Shown here in pieces: positions 9,523 to 18,286 of a stretch of 40,000 bases of DNA. How positions within the stretch are numbered: the first letter of the stretch is position 1; every line of letters starts with the position of its first letter. Below the pieces are notes generated by a model. That model was not told the DNA's origin. It searched no databases and saw only the letters and a list, made by a program, of their open reading frames with translations. Location: assembly GCF_000964365.1 (NCBI RefSeq), contig NZ_BANB01000009.1, forward strand, positions 1 to 40,000, in the 5' to 3' direction. Position numbers and translations under genes: made by a program. Origin of the DNA: Acidisphaera rubrifaciens HS-AP3. Lineage in GTDB: Bacteria > Pseudomonadota > Alphaproteobacteria > Acetobacterales > Acetobacteraceae.

Positions 9523-10446
9523 ATGATGGATGTCTCATACGCGGTTGACACCTTGTTCGCCGGGGTCGTGCCCGAAAGGCTCGATGAGTTGAAGAATTTG
9601 TGGGGACAGCATGCGGAGCGGGTCCGCCTTCTCGACGTGCCGAGGTTCCTTCTGCAGCAGCTTTACGGAACCGTACAGGTGAGCGAAGTGGCGCTGCGCC
9701 AAATTTGGCTCACTGGTTATGCCGCGTGGAGCGCCGTCCAAGCCTATAATGTACCGCTGGCGCTTTCCGCCGTTCATGACGCTCCACTCGATATTGCGGC
9801 CTGGCACGCCGTTCCGTCTCAAGCCGAAAGAGACTTCGCCTTCGACAGCCTTTTCGACAAGCTAATCGAACTCGGAAGAATCGGAAGCCTTGAAGGCTTC
9901 AACTGGCCCGAGAACGTCCCTTACCCCCAAGAAGGATTGAAAATCACGGATCCAGAGATGAAGGGAACGTTTGACCTTGTCTGCATGGCAGGAGCTTACG
10001 TATTCGCGCATGAGGTGCGGCACGGCGTATTTGAACAAGAAGGTAGCAGGCCAAACGACCTCGTTGAGGAGGAGTGGGAATGTGATCGTTGGGCGTTGTC
10101 GCTGATGCTCGACGAAGCGGAAGACTATGCGAACCGTAACGGTTGGGCACCATCTGACGTACGAGCTAAACGACTCCTTGGAATCATCATCGCAAAGCTG
10201 ACAATCCTGGCGCTTACGCCCCGTTCGTCGTGGGATGAGTCTGAAGATCATCCGCCCGTGAGGGAGCGAATGCAACTCGTTCTAGACGCCGCGGTTGATC
10301 CCGTTCCCGACTGGTTCTGGATAACGGTTACATCGATGCTTTTGGCGTTCGCGAGACGACTTGGCATATCCATAACTCCGCGCCCTCTTCCTCCAAGTTT
10401 TCGCAGTCTGAGCTACAACATCTGCGAGCTCCTCACGTCGCACTAG
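9523..10446 (+). CDS. HExxH zinc-metallopeptidase-like protein (Lit/U49-like or ImmA/IrrE-like arrangement)
   Basis: HEVRH is encoded at 10009-10023, followed about 15 residues later by EEEWECDRWA (the HExxH ... E..cD.wA layout). The ATG at 9523 has GGAG 5 nt upstream (the listed ORF starts at GTG 9496). It is on the opposite strand to the backbone and more A/T-rich. Confidence 0.45.
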   Translation: MMDVSYAVDTLFAGVVPERLDELKNLWGQHAERVRLLDVPRFLLQQLYGTVQVSEVALRQIWLTGYAAWSAVQAYNVPLALSAVHDAPLDIAAWHAVPSQAERDFAFDSLFDKLIELGRIGSLEGFNWPENVPYPQEGLKITDPEMKGTFDLVCMAGAYVFAHEVRHGVFEQEGSRPNDLVEEEWECDRWALSLMLDEAEDYANRNGWAPSDVRAKRLLGIIIAKLTILALTPRSSWDESEDHPPVRERMQLVLDAAVDPVPDWFWITVTSMLLAFARRLGISITPRPLPPSFRSLSYNICELLTSH

Positions 10447-10458
10447 CAGCAAGCCGCC

Positions 10459-12213
10459 CTATAAGCCGATCCCGCGATTACGCTGAAAAATCCAATCCAC
10501 TTTACCGAATTGACCCATGACGCCCCCGACTTGTCGCCCGAGCTGCCGCTCCAGCGCCGGCCGCCAAGGGACGAGCTGAAACCCCATGCCGTCATCGATC
10601 ATGGCGAACCGGCCGGAGGCAAGCGCGACCCGTTGGCGATAGACGCCCGAGACGTGCTCGCCCTCTACGGATGGCCGATGGGCGAGCCCCGTTTCGGCCG
10701 AGAGCCGCGCGACAGCGTCATCGAGTTCACGTCGGCGCAGCGTGTCGAGAATGTCGCGTGCGAAGACGACCTGCTGCCCTTGCCGGCGCGCGAGGTCCTG
10801 TTCAACGAGATGATCGATGCGGCGGTCCATCGCGTCCCGCACTTGAGCGCCGAAGCCGGCGCCACCGAGCGCGGTCTCCTTGGCGAGAAGCTGGCGATCG
10901 AGCCAGGTGGCGCCGGATGCCGTCACCTGCGCGTCAATGTTCAGGTCGGAACGGGTGGCGAGCGAGAGCCGCCTGCGGCCGCCGGCATCGTCGTAGACTC
11001 GCGCCTCGACGATTGCGCCGGGCTTCGCGTCGCCGGTCACGTCGAGATGGGCGAAGACGACGTGATGCGTGCGGCCGTCGATCCCGTCGACGACGACGTA
11101 GGCCGTGCCTTTCAGCTCGTCGTGCAGCCCGCGCTCGACCAGACGGCCGAGGATCGGTGCGGACGGTTCCTCTCCGTGCATCGCGAAGCTGGTGACGTCC
11201 GGCTCGCGATCGCAGGCACTCATGGCCCGGTGCATGGTCTTGATGATGTCGCCGCGGACGCCGAGGTCCCTCAGCGTGGGTTCGAGACCCGGCTTCAGCG
11301 TCCACTGCGCCGGGCTACACTGCTCCGCGAGCCCGAGGCGTTCGAGCCTGGCTGCGCGGCCGATCAGCAGCCGGCGCAGCTCGGGGTCTTCGTCACCGCC
11401 TCCAGGCCTTAGGTCCGCGACGCCGCCACCCTCGTCGGCCATGTCGCGCAGGGAGCGGTCGAGGCTGGTCCATCGCTCCGCGCCGACTTCGCTCTCCAGC
11501 CCGGCGCGGATTTCCAGGGCGGTGCGCGGCCCGAGCTCCAGGGTGACGCGTTCGGCGGCGCGGTTGCGCAGTCCGTGGCTGATGTAGTCGCGACTGATGA
11601 CGAGATCGGCGCCATCGTCGGCACGTCCGCGCACCAGGACATGGATATGCGGATTGTTGGTGTTCCAATGATCGACGGCGACCCAATCGAGGCGGGTGCC
11701 AAGATCGCGTTCGGCATCCCGCATCAGCTCGCGCGTGAAGGCGCGCAGGTCCTCCATGCGGCCGCCGTCTTCGGGCGAGACGGTGAAGCGGAAATGGTGC
11801 CGGTCATCCTCGCACCGCTCGGCGAAGGCCCGTGCGTCGGCGTCGTCGGAGGACGCGTCGAACATGCGCGCGTCGGCGCCGTCATGGGTGACGCCGTCAC
11901 GCTTCAGATAGGCCAGGTGCTTCGCCAGCGGCGCCGATCGGAACCGGTCGCCGCGATGACGGACGATGCGGGTCATGATGACGACGCGGCGCGTGGATGA
12001 GCGCGACGCAAGCGACAGCGCCGCACGCCGGCCGCGGCCGAAGGTTGATCCCCCCTTGCTCTTTCCGGCGCCCTTGAACGTCGCTCCCCGATGGCCGGCC
12101 TTCGCGGCGGCGCGCATCACCTCGCCGACGAAGGTCTTCGGCCGCTTGGCGCCTCGGTTGCCATGGCGAATGCGGCCGGGCCTGGCGGTGAAGTCGTCGT
12201 CGGCCCCCGTCAT
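10459..12213 (-). CDS. Relaxase/mobilization nuclease with DUF3363-type C-terminus
   Basis: Start at ATG 12213 (MTGADDDFTARPGRIRHGNRGAKRPKTFVGEVMRAAAKAG). The histidine-triad region is VDHWNTNNPHIHVLVRG. Length is 584 aa. Confidence 0.85.
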   Translation of the reverse strand: MTGADDDFTARPGRIRHGNRGAKRPKTFVGEVMRAAAKAGHRGATFKGAGKSKGGSTFGRGRRAALSLASRSSTRRVVIMTRIVRHRGDRFRSAPLAKHLAYLKRDGVTHDGADARMFDASSDDADARAFAERCEDDRHHFRFTVSPEDGGRMEDLRAFTRELMRDAERDLGTRLDWVAVDHWNTNNPHIHVLVRGRADDGADLVISRDYISHGLRNRAAERVTLELGPRTALEIRAGLESEVGAERWTSLDRSLRDMADEGGGVADLRPGGGDEDPELRRLLIGRAARLERLGLAEQCSPAQWTLKPGLEPTLRDLGVRGDIIKTMHRAMSACDREPDVTSFAMHGEEPSAPILGRLVERGLHDELKGTAYVVVDGIDGRTHHVVFAHLDVTGDAKPGAIVEARVYDDAGGRRRLSLATRSDLNIDAQVTASGATWLDRQLLAKETALGGAGFGAQVRDAMDRRIDHLVEQDLARRQGQQVVFARDILDTLRRRELDDAVARLSAETGLAHRPSVEGEHVSGVYRQRVALASGRFAMIDDGMGFQLVPWRPALERQLGRQVGGVMGQFGKVDWIFQRNRGIGL

Positions 12214-12460
12214 GGCCCGATACGTGCTGGCCGATACAGAGGATGGCGCTCGGAGCGTTGATTTGCTTGGGCTTTTGACGGAAAGCGCCAGCACGGTTGC
12301 TGGGCCATCTGGCGAAAATCCTCAATCCAACCAATCACATGCGCCGGGCCGCAGGCGGCGCTTTTATCTTGCCGTCCGTTGGTCGGTTCGTCGGTCTCGC
12401 TCTCGACGACGTTCCAACCGCCGCCACAGCCCGCCGGAACACGAAATGACGTCGCGCCGA

Positions 12461-13291
12461 TCATCGCCCCGGGCTCCAACCAGACAGCGCTACGAACAGG
12501 CCGTTCGACGACGGCGCGAGGCCGGTCCAGTCGGCGACGCGACGGTCACCTGACGCCGATCCGGACGACGGCCCGACTGCATTCTTGCCGCTGCTCGATG
12601 GCGGTCTCGACGGCGACGGGAAAAGCGATGCTTCGGTCCAGGATCGCTCGACCGTCGCCAGCAGCGTCGCATCATCGACCTCGCCACCGGCAACGACCGG
12701 GGCCAGTCGTGCGAGGTAGGCGCGGGTCTCCATCGGCAGCGGCCTGCCTGTCGCGAGGTGGTCCTCCCAACGTGCTGGCCCGGCGTTGTAGGCCGCGAGG
12801 AAGCCAGGGATGCCGTAGCGGTCGTGCAACTCCCGCAGATACGCCGTGCCGGCGAAAATGTTGTCGTGCGCGTCGTAAGGATCGGCGCCCAGATGGTAGT
12901 GACGGCGCAGCTCGGCCCATGTCTCCGGCATGATCTGCATGAGGCCGATCGCGCCCTTGGGCGACGTCGCGCGCGCATCGCCGACGCTTTCGGCCCGCAT
13001 GACGGCGCGGATCCAAGCGGGAGGAATGCCGAACCGCGTGGCGGCTTCGTCGACGAAGACGGCGAACGGCTCACGCGGCGCGACCACGCGCATCTGTGCA
13101 GGTTGGGCGCGGGCCGACATGCCGCCGAGCGACACCTGGACAGCGACGGCAATGATGCACGCCGCGCGATGCAGACGCCGCTGTCGATGAGGATTGGGGC
13201 GAATGGGGGATCGAAGGCAGGCCGGTAAGAGGGATAAGGTTCGGTGGTGAGCGGGGCCATGATCGGCCAGCGAGCAGCGAAGCCGTTGCAC
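12461..13291 (-). CDS. Lytic transglycosylase (SLT domain)
   Basis: AESVGDARATSPKGAIGLMQIMPETWAEL and AYNAGPARW are SLT signatures. The true start is uncertain because the N-terminal 50 aa are atypical. Confidence 0.8.
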   Translation of the reverse strand: MQRLRCSLADHGPAHHRTLSLLPACLRSPIRPNPHRQRRLHRAACIIAVAVQVSLGGMSARAQPAQMRVVAPREPFAVFVDEAATRFGIPPAWIRAVMRAESVGDARATSPKGAIGLMQIMPETWAELRRHYHLGADPYDAHDNIFAGTAYLRELHDRYGIPGFLAAYNAGPARWEDHLATGRPLPMETRAYLARLAPVVAGGEVDDATLLATVERSWTEASLFPSPSRPPSSSGKNAVGPSSGSASGDRRVADWTGLAPSSNGLFVALSGWSPGR

Positions 13292-13293
13292 GA

Positions 13294-13806
13294 TCAGTCC
13301 TCCTCGTGCGTCCAGAGGGGAACCGCCCGACCGACGATCGTGCTCGCAGGCAGCAAGCCGAAATAGCGGCCGTCAAAGGAGTGCGCCGACCCCCGGTTCA
13401 TCAGGAAAATCGAGTCTGTCGGCACGCGCTGGCAGCCCTGCCAGACTGGCAGTGGGCGGCGCTGGCTGTCGCTGTCGAGGGCCTCGCCCATCGCAATGCC
13501 ATCGACGCTGACCGTGCGTCCTGCGCGGCATACGATTTGGCCCGGAAGGGCAAGGATGCGCTTCAGCATGGGCACGCCCCGGGGCAGGTAGCGACGCTCC
13601 GCGAGGAAGCTGGCGAGCTCCGGCGGCGGATCGACGGCGACCAATTCGGTGACATGCAGTTGCCCGGCGGACTCGATCGCGTAGAAGCCGATCGGCACGC
13701 TCGCGCTGACGTTCCAGATCAACAGCGGCCTTGGCCGGATGACGAGCGTCGTGGCCGCGGCCAGCGCGATCAGGCTCGCGAAGATCGACCAGCGTTTGCG
13801 CGTCAT
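13294..13806 (-). CDS. traF: S26-family conjugal transfer signal peptidase (TraF-like)
   Basis: MTRKRWSIFASLIALAAATTLVI is the TM anchor. Other matches are NVSASVPIGFY and NRGSAHSFDGRYFG. The start at 13806 directly follows the DUF2840 stop. Confidence 0.8.
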   Translation of the reverse strand: MTRKRWSIFASLIALAAATTLVIRPRPLLIWNVSASVPIGFYAIESAGQLHVTELVAVDPPPELASFLAERRYLPRGVPMLKRILALPGQIVCRAGRTVSVDGIAMGEALDSDSQRRPLPVWQGCQRVPTDSIFLMNRGSAHSFDGRYFGLLPASTIVGRAVPLWTHEED

Positions 13807-14309
13807 AGGCCGACGCTCCGACGCGCGAGCCACGCGCGATGACGCTCGCGGGTGTAGGGGCGCGGCGCGTCGCCAGCGCTCAGCCGGTTATGGACGTGAC
13901 GCCAATAATCGGGCGCAGCTTCGCTGGGATCGATGTCGAGCGCTTCGATGGCGTCGATGGTCTGAAGCGTGCGCTCGACCTTTGGCCAGCCGCTGATCCG
14001 CAGCAGAATCTCGCCACCTGGCTGGACGTAGGGCACGGTCTGGTAGGCTTCGCCGGCGGCGACCGCGCGGAGAATATCGATCCGGGATACGACGGTGCCG
14101 TAGTCTTTGGCGGCCCAGCGAACGAAGGCAAAGAGCGAATTCGGCGCGAAGCTCAGCACGCGGCGTCGCCGGTCGAGGATCGTTTCCTCGATGTCGCGAC
14201 CGAAGCGGATCCAGTGCTCGATCCGCTTTTCGATCCAGGTCAGTTGGACGTGGGTCAGCGGTGCGGCAGCATGAGATGCGCGCGATCGCGGTCGCGTGTC
14301 AGCCGTCAT
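13803..14309 (-). CDS. DUF2840-type conserved ICE protein
   Basis: 168 aa, THVQLTWIEKRIEHWIRFG...YWRHVHNRL. It occupies the conserved position between parA/RHH and traF. The family assignment is from memory. Confidence 0.6.
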   Translation of the reverse strand: MTADTRPRSRASHAAAPLTHVQLTWIEKRIEHWIRFGRDIEETILDRRRRVLSFAPNSLFAFVRWAAKDYGTVVSRIDILRAVAAGEAYQTVPYVQPGGEILLRISGWPKVERTLQTIDAIEALDIDPSEAAPDYWRHVHNRLSAGDAPRPYTRERHRAWLARRSVGL

Positions 14310-14553
14310 GACGCCGTTCCCTCGTTGTCGGGAAACTCGCGCAGCAGCAGAGCGCGCAGCATGTCGGCGACGGTTTCGCCACGGCGGAACGCGGCGATCT
14401 TGATCCGTCCGCGCAATTCAGGCGTCACGTCGATTGTCAGCCGAGCGGAGAACGTGTCGGCGCCGCGCGGCGGCGGCGCGAAATCCTGAGTTCGCACCCA
14501 GGCGTCCGGGGTGGCCGGTCGCGCGGCGAACGCGCGCTTGGAGACACGATCGG

Positions 14554-14557
<4 letters not shown>
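14306..14557 (-). CDS. Ribbon-helix-helix protein (ParG/CopG-like partner of ParA)
   Basis: 83 aa. SARLTIDVTPELRGRIKIAAFRRGETVADMLRALLLREF is an RHH. There are 4-nt overlaps on both sides. Confidence 0.7.
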
Positions 14558-15188
<631 letters not shown>

Positions 15189-15192
<4 letters not shown>

Positions 15193-16244
15193 GGCCCGCG
15201 ACCCCGGGTTATCCCCAAGGTTGGCGCGTGGCCAACTTCAAGAAGGTTAGATTCTTTTGGGTTAGAGTCTAAGTTAGGTGTGTCGTAAGTGACTGTTTTG
15301 GATATCGGAATCGGCGTTTTCGGTTCCCGATGGCACGAGCCCGCGGTTCCTGATGGCACGTGTTCGCCGGTTCCCGATGGCACGAGCGTTCCCACAGCTT
15401 GTCCACAGACGCCTGTGGATAACCGCGCGCTGACGAACGCGAGCAGCTCGCGCCGCCCTGCCTCGTATTCGATGGTCAGGCGATAGCCCGGCAAGGGCTG
15501 ACGGCGGACGATGTCGCGCAGCTCGAAGGCGAAGCGCTTGAAGGGCGAAAGGCTGGCTGACTTGGCGTGCAGGTGCCGAAAATCGAACCGCCAGCCGGCG
15601 TGCTGGTTGCCGGCGTGCTTGCGGACGAGCCGATAGAGCCAGCGTTCCAGCCCGCCGGTCAGGCGGAAATAGGTGCGGTCAATGGTCAGGACGAGCGCGT
15701 CATCGAGGACGGCGCGATAGAACCAGTCAGGCACGATTAGGTCGATGCCGGCGGGGTTGCCATGCCTGTCGGCGTGCTCGGTCCACTCGTTGATCCAGGA
15801 GAAGCGGTGCAGCCGCCGTTCCGCCGCCTGACGCAGGGACGTGGCGACCGTCGTCGACTGGAGCCTGTCGAGCGCGGCCTTCAGGCGGTGATAGTCGCGT
15901 GCACTCGTGCCGCGTCCGATGAAGGTCAGGATCTCGTAAGGCGTGGCCGCCATCAGGCGCGATGTGCGGATTCCGGCGTCGCGCGCCTCGACGATCTGCG
16001 AGGCCGCCCAGATCAGGACGTCCGCGTCCCAGATCGTCGCCATGCCGTGCTCAGGCACGGCTTCGACCCGGATGGTGATATCGTTCATCCGGAAATCGAT
16101 CGGCGTGGTGCGATGCGTCTTGGCGAGGCTGAAGAAGGGGTAAGCCATGAGGTCCTGCGCGTCGCGTGGCGCGAGATCGCCGGGCAGCGCCCGGAAGAGT
16201 TCGAGCTGCTCGCGTTCGGATTGAGGGCGGTGGCGCGAGGACAT
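15189..16244 (-). CDS. repA: Replication initiator protein A (RPA family)
   Basis: Start chosen at ATG 16244 (MSSRHRPQSEREQLELFRALPGDLAPRDAQDLMAYPFFSLAK), just after the stop of the upstream HTH gene. The listed longer ORF would overlap that gene. The C-terminal roughly 85 codons overlie iterons and DnaA boxes. Confidence 0.85.
15245..15278. repeat. Three GGTTAGA-like heptamers (GGTTAGA 15245, GGTTAGA 15260, AGTTAGG 15272) in an A/T-rich patch 50-90 bp upstream of the parA start
   Basis: Read directly from aaGGTTAGAttcttttgGGTTAGAgtctaAGTTAGGtg. Confidence 0.5.
15321..15386. repeat. Three tandem iteron-like direct repeats CGGTTCC(C/T)GATGGCACG(A/T)G with a period of 23-24 bp
   Basis: Copies are at 15321-15339, 15344-15362 and 15368-15386. 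The first and third are identical and the second differs at 2 positions. Confidence 0.75.
15399..15422. promoter_or_regulatory. Pair of inverted DnaA-box-like sites
   Basis: TTGTCCACA at 15399-15407 (+) has one mismatch to TTATCCACA. tgtggataa at 15414-15422 is a perfect TTATCCACA on the minus strand. Confidence 0.6.
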
Positions 16245-16252
16245 CGGGCAAG

Positions 16253-16537
16253 TCAGCGGCGCGGAAGCGCGGCGCGCGCCAGGGCATCGGCCGTGTGGCG
16301 TTTGGCGGGCAGGACGGTCGAACGGCCGGGGTCCGAGGTGGACGCTTTGGCGCCGGACTCGACCCAGGCCTGGAGATCTTCGAGGCGATAGACGACGCGA
16401 CCGCCAAGCTTCGAATAGCGCGGCCCGGTGCCGTAGATGCGGTGCTTCTCGAGCGTGCGGATGGAGAGCCCGACGATGCGCGCAGCCTCCGGCGTGCGCA
16501 GATAGCGTTGTGGCATGCCCGCGATGGTGGTGGACAT
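16253..16537 (-). CDS. Excisionase-family (MerR/AlpA-like) HTH protein; positional analogue of an RdfS-type recombination directionality factor
   Basis: 94 aa. YLRTPEAARIVGLSIRTLEKHRIYGTGPRYSKLGGRVVYRLEDLQAWV is the classic excisionase-type HTH plus wing. It is the first gene of the repA...relaxase operon. Confidence 0.75.
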   Translation of the reverse strand: MSTTIAGMPQRYLRTPEAARIVGLSIRTLEKHRIYGTGPRYSKLGGRVVYRLEDLQAWVESGAKASTSDPGRSTVLPAKRHTADALARAALPRR

Positions 16538-16670
16538 GGGATACCTCCGTGATCCTATGAGGGGTCGCCGGATGGCGGCGGCCGTCGCGGATCACGTTCG
16601 GCAATCGAGCGGGTGAAGGGGGATGGCGAAGTTGCGGGCGGCGAATTCGCCACCCCCCGGGCGCGCGACG

Positions 16671-17279
16671 CTATTCGGGTGGCTTCGATTTCAGCAGCTT
16701 GCGATAGCCACCGCGCATCAAGGCGACGCCGGTGCGCGCGATGCGGATGACCGCGTCGCGTAACGACGATGTCTTCCAGGCCTCGTCGGCAACGCGTCGG
16801 GGGCCGAAGATGACCTCAGCAATCGCGCGGTAGCTGGCGCCATCCAGCCGCGCGTCCAAGGCTTGCAAGGCTGCTATCAGGCGTTCGAGGCGTCGGGATC
16901 GGGATCTTCGAGGGCCAGATGATCCTCGCGCCTGCGCTTCCCAAAGCCGCACGACCGCGTCGGCCCGCGCCGCGGTCATGGCGTCGAGCGGAATGATGGC
17001 GGCGAGGGACGCTCCAGCGTCGGTTCCCGCCGTTACCCAGAGCTGCTGGAGGCCGGCTTCGCTCCGGACCATGAGATGAGCGCCATCCTCGGCGTCGCGA
17101 CGGACCATCTCAGCGGGAAGATCGGCAAGGGTAAGGGCGGACTGGCTCGCGCCAGCCGGCGCGGCGGCGAGGATGACGACCGACGCCAGTTCGTTCGGTC
17201 GCCAGAAAGCGGGCGACTGGTCGGCGCGGGCGTCAGGGTCCGCCAGGAAATCGTAACCCCCAGACGCCGGCGCGGACAT
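16671..17279 (-). CDS. DUF2285-type regulator, downstream (+1 frame) part of a split FseA-like gene
   Basis: The frame is open from 17516. The first ATG is at 17279 (MSAPASGGYDFLADPDARADQSPAFWRPNELASVVILAAAP...). It overlaps the upstream 63-codon ORF by 47 nt. Confidence 0.65.
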   Translation of the reverse strand: MSAPASGGYDFLADPDARADQSPAFWRPNELASVVILAAAPAGASQSALTLADLPAEMVRRDAEDGAHLMVRSEAGLQQLWVTAGTDAGASLAAIIPLDAMTAARADAVVRLWEAQARGSSGPRRSRSRRLERLIAALQALDARLDGASYRAIAEVIFGPRRVADEAWKTSSLRDAVIRIARTGVALMRGGYRKLLKSKPPE

Positions 17280-17424
17280 CCGCGGCGCCAGCGTCGCCGG
17301 CGGCGGCCCGATAATCGGCCCGGTAGGCAGGGTTACGCCGCAGGAACTCCCAGGCGAGCCCGGCGGATTCAAGCGTCTTGGCGTATTCGTAGGCGGCAGG
17401 AGACCGCCAATCCTCCTTCGACAT
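17233..17424 (-). CDS. DUF6499-like N-terminal module, upstream (0 frame) part of a split FseA-like gene
   Basis: MSKEDWRSPAAYEYAKTLESAGLAWEFLRRNPAYRADYRAAAG. The W..P.AY.Y...L....LAWEFLRRNP.Y..DY pattern is the N-terminus usually fused to DUF2285 proteins. Confidence 0.6.
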   Translation of the reverse strand: MSKEDWRSPAAYEYAKTLESAGLAWEFLRRNPAYRADYRAAAGDAGAADVRAGVWGLRFPGGP

Positions 17425-17605
17425 GGTCGGTCTCCGCGACGGAACGACGTGATGCCTTCGGTTGCGAGGACTGAGGTGTGAGCGAGTCGCCGGATGTGAA
17501 GTCCACCCGCCGGCATCGCGCCATGCCGGAATCGGCTCGGCGTAAATACGCGGATCCGTGATCGCGGGACCGGATGGAAACGTAAAGCCGGAGTCGCGGT
17601 TCGGG

Positions 17606-17863
17606 TCAGCTCGGCGTGCTGAGGAGATCTCGGTAGCCCTGCGCTGTCAGCCAGCGGGCGCGCGCCAGATGCGATTCATAGGCGCTGCGCGCTCGAGCGG
17701 GTTCGTGCCCCGGATCGATGCCCAGCACGATATGCGCCGCTTCTTCCCACGGCGCGCCTTCCTCGGCGGCGTCGAGCAGGCGCAGATAGATCGCAGCATG
17801 CGATCGGTCGTAATCCGTAACGTGCGTCGCGTTGGGCGCGGCGTCTGCGATCTTCGAATCCAT
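17606..17863 (-). CDS. Small helical conserved ICE protein (85 aa); positional analogue of the antiactivator QseM
   Basis: Start at ATG 17863 with AGGA upstream. Translation: MDSKIADAAPNATHVTDYDRSHAAIYLRLLDAAEEGAPWEEAAHIVLGIDPGHEPARARSAYESHLARARWL. It is divergent from an XRE gene and directly upstream of the split DUF2285 gene. Confidence 0.5.
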   Translation of the reverse strand: MDSKIADAAPNATHVTDYDRSHAAIYLRLLDAAEEGAPWEEAAHIVLGIDPGHEPARARSAYESHLARARWLTAQGYRDLLSTPS

Positions 17864-17966
17864 TGGCGCGGTCCTGATCGTCTCTCGTGTCCCCAGACGG
17901 AGGTCTGGCCCGGCGGCGTGGTTGATAGCGAACCTGTGGCCCCGCGAACACCGGGACGTAAGGCCG

Positions 17967-17980
17967 CGTATTATAATACG
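17967..17980. promoter_or_regulatory. Perfect 14-bp palindrome CGTATTATAATACG containing a consensus TATAAT; candidate operator/-10 in the divergent intergenic region
   Basis: Read directly. A half-site-like ATACGCG recurs at 17991-17997. Confidence 0.6.
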
Positions 17981-18016
17981 TAGCGCCAAAATACGCGATT
18001 GGTGTCCACCCTATGG

Positions 18017-18274
18017 ATGGATATCCGGCGAGTTTTTGGCGCAAATCTCAGACGATTTCGAACGCAAGCGGGTCTCAGCCAGGAGGCCGTGGCCGAGCGG
18101 ATGGATGTCGATCGAGCTCATGTGAGCAGTATGGAACGCGGTCAGCAGAACGTCACGCTACTGACGCTTTGGCTCGTGTCTCAGGCGGTCGGCGTGAAGC
18201 CGGCTGCATTGCTGGATGAGGATTTCGCTGCGACGGCTGCCGAGGGCATCGCGGAGAGCGATCCGTCGTCCTGA
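18017..18274 (+). CDS. XRE-family HTH regulator (QseC / C-protein-like position)
   Basis: MDIRRVFGANLRRFRTQAGLSQEAVAERMDVDRAHVSSMERGQQNVTLLTLWLVSQAVGVKPAALL. There is an alternative TTG start at 17999. Confidence 0.85.
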   Translation: MDIRRVFGANLRRFRTQAGLSQEAVAERMDVDRAHVSSMERGQQNVTLLTLWLVSQAVGVKPAALLDEDFAATAAEGIAESDPSS

Positions 18275-18286
18275 TCCCCTAAACGG

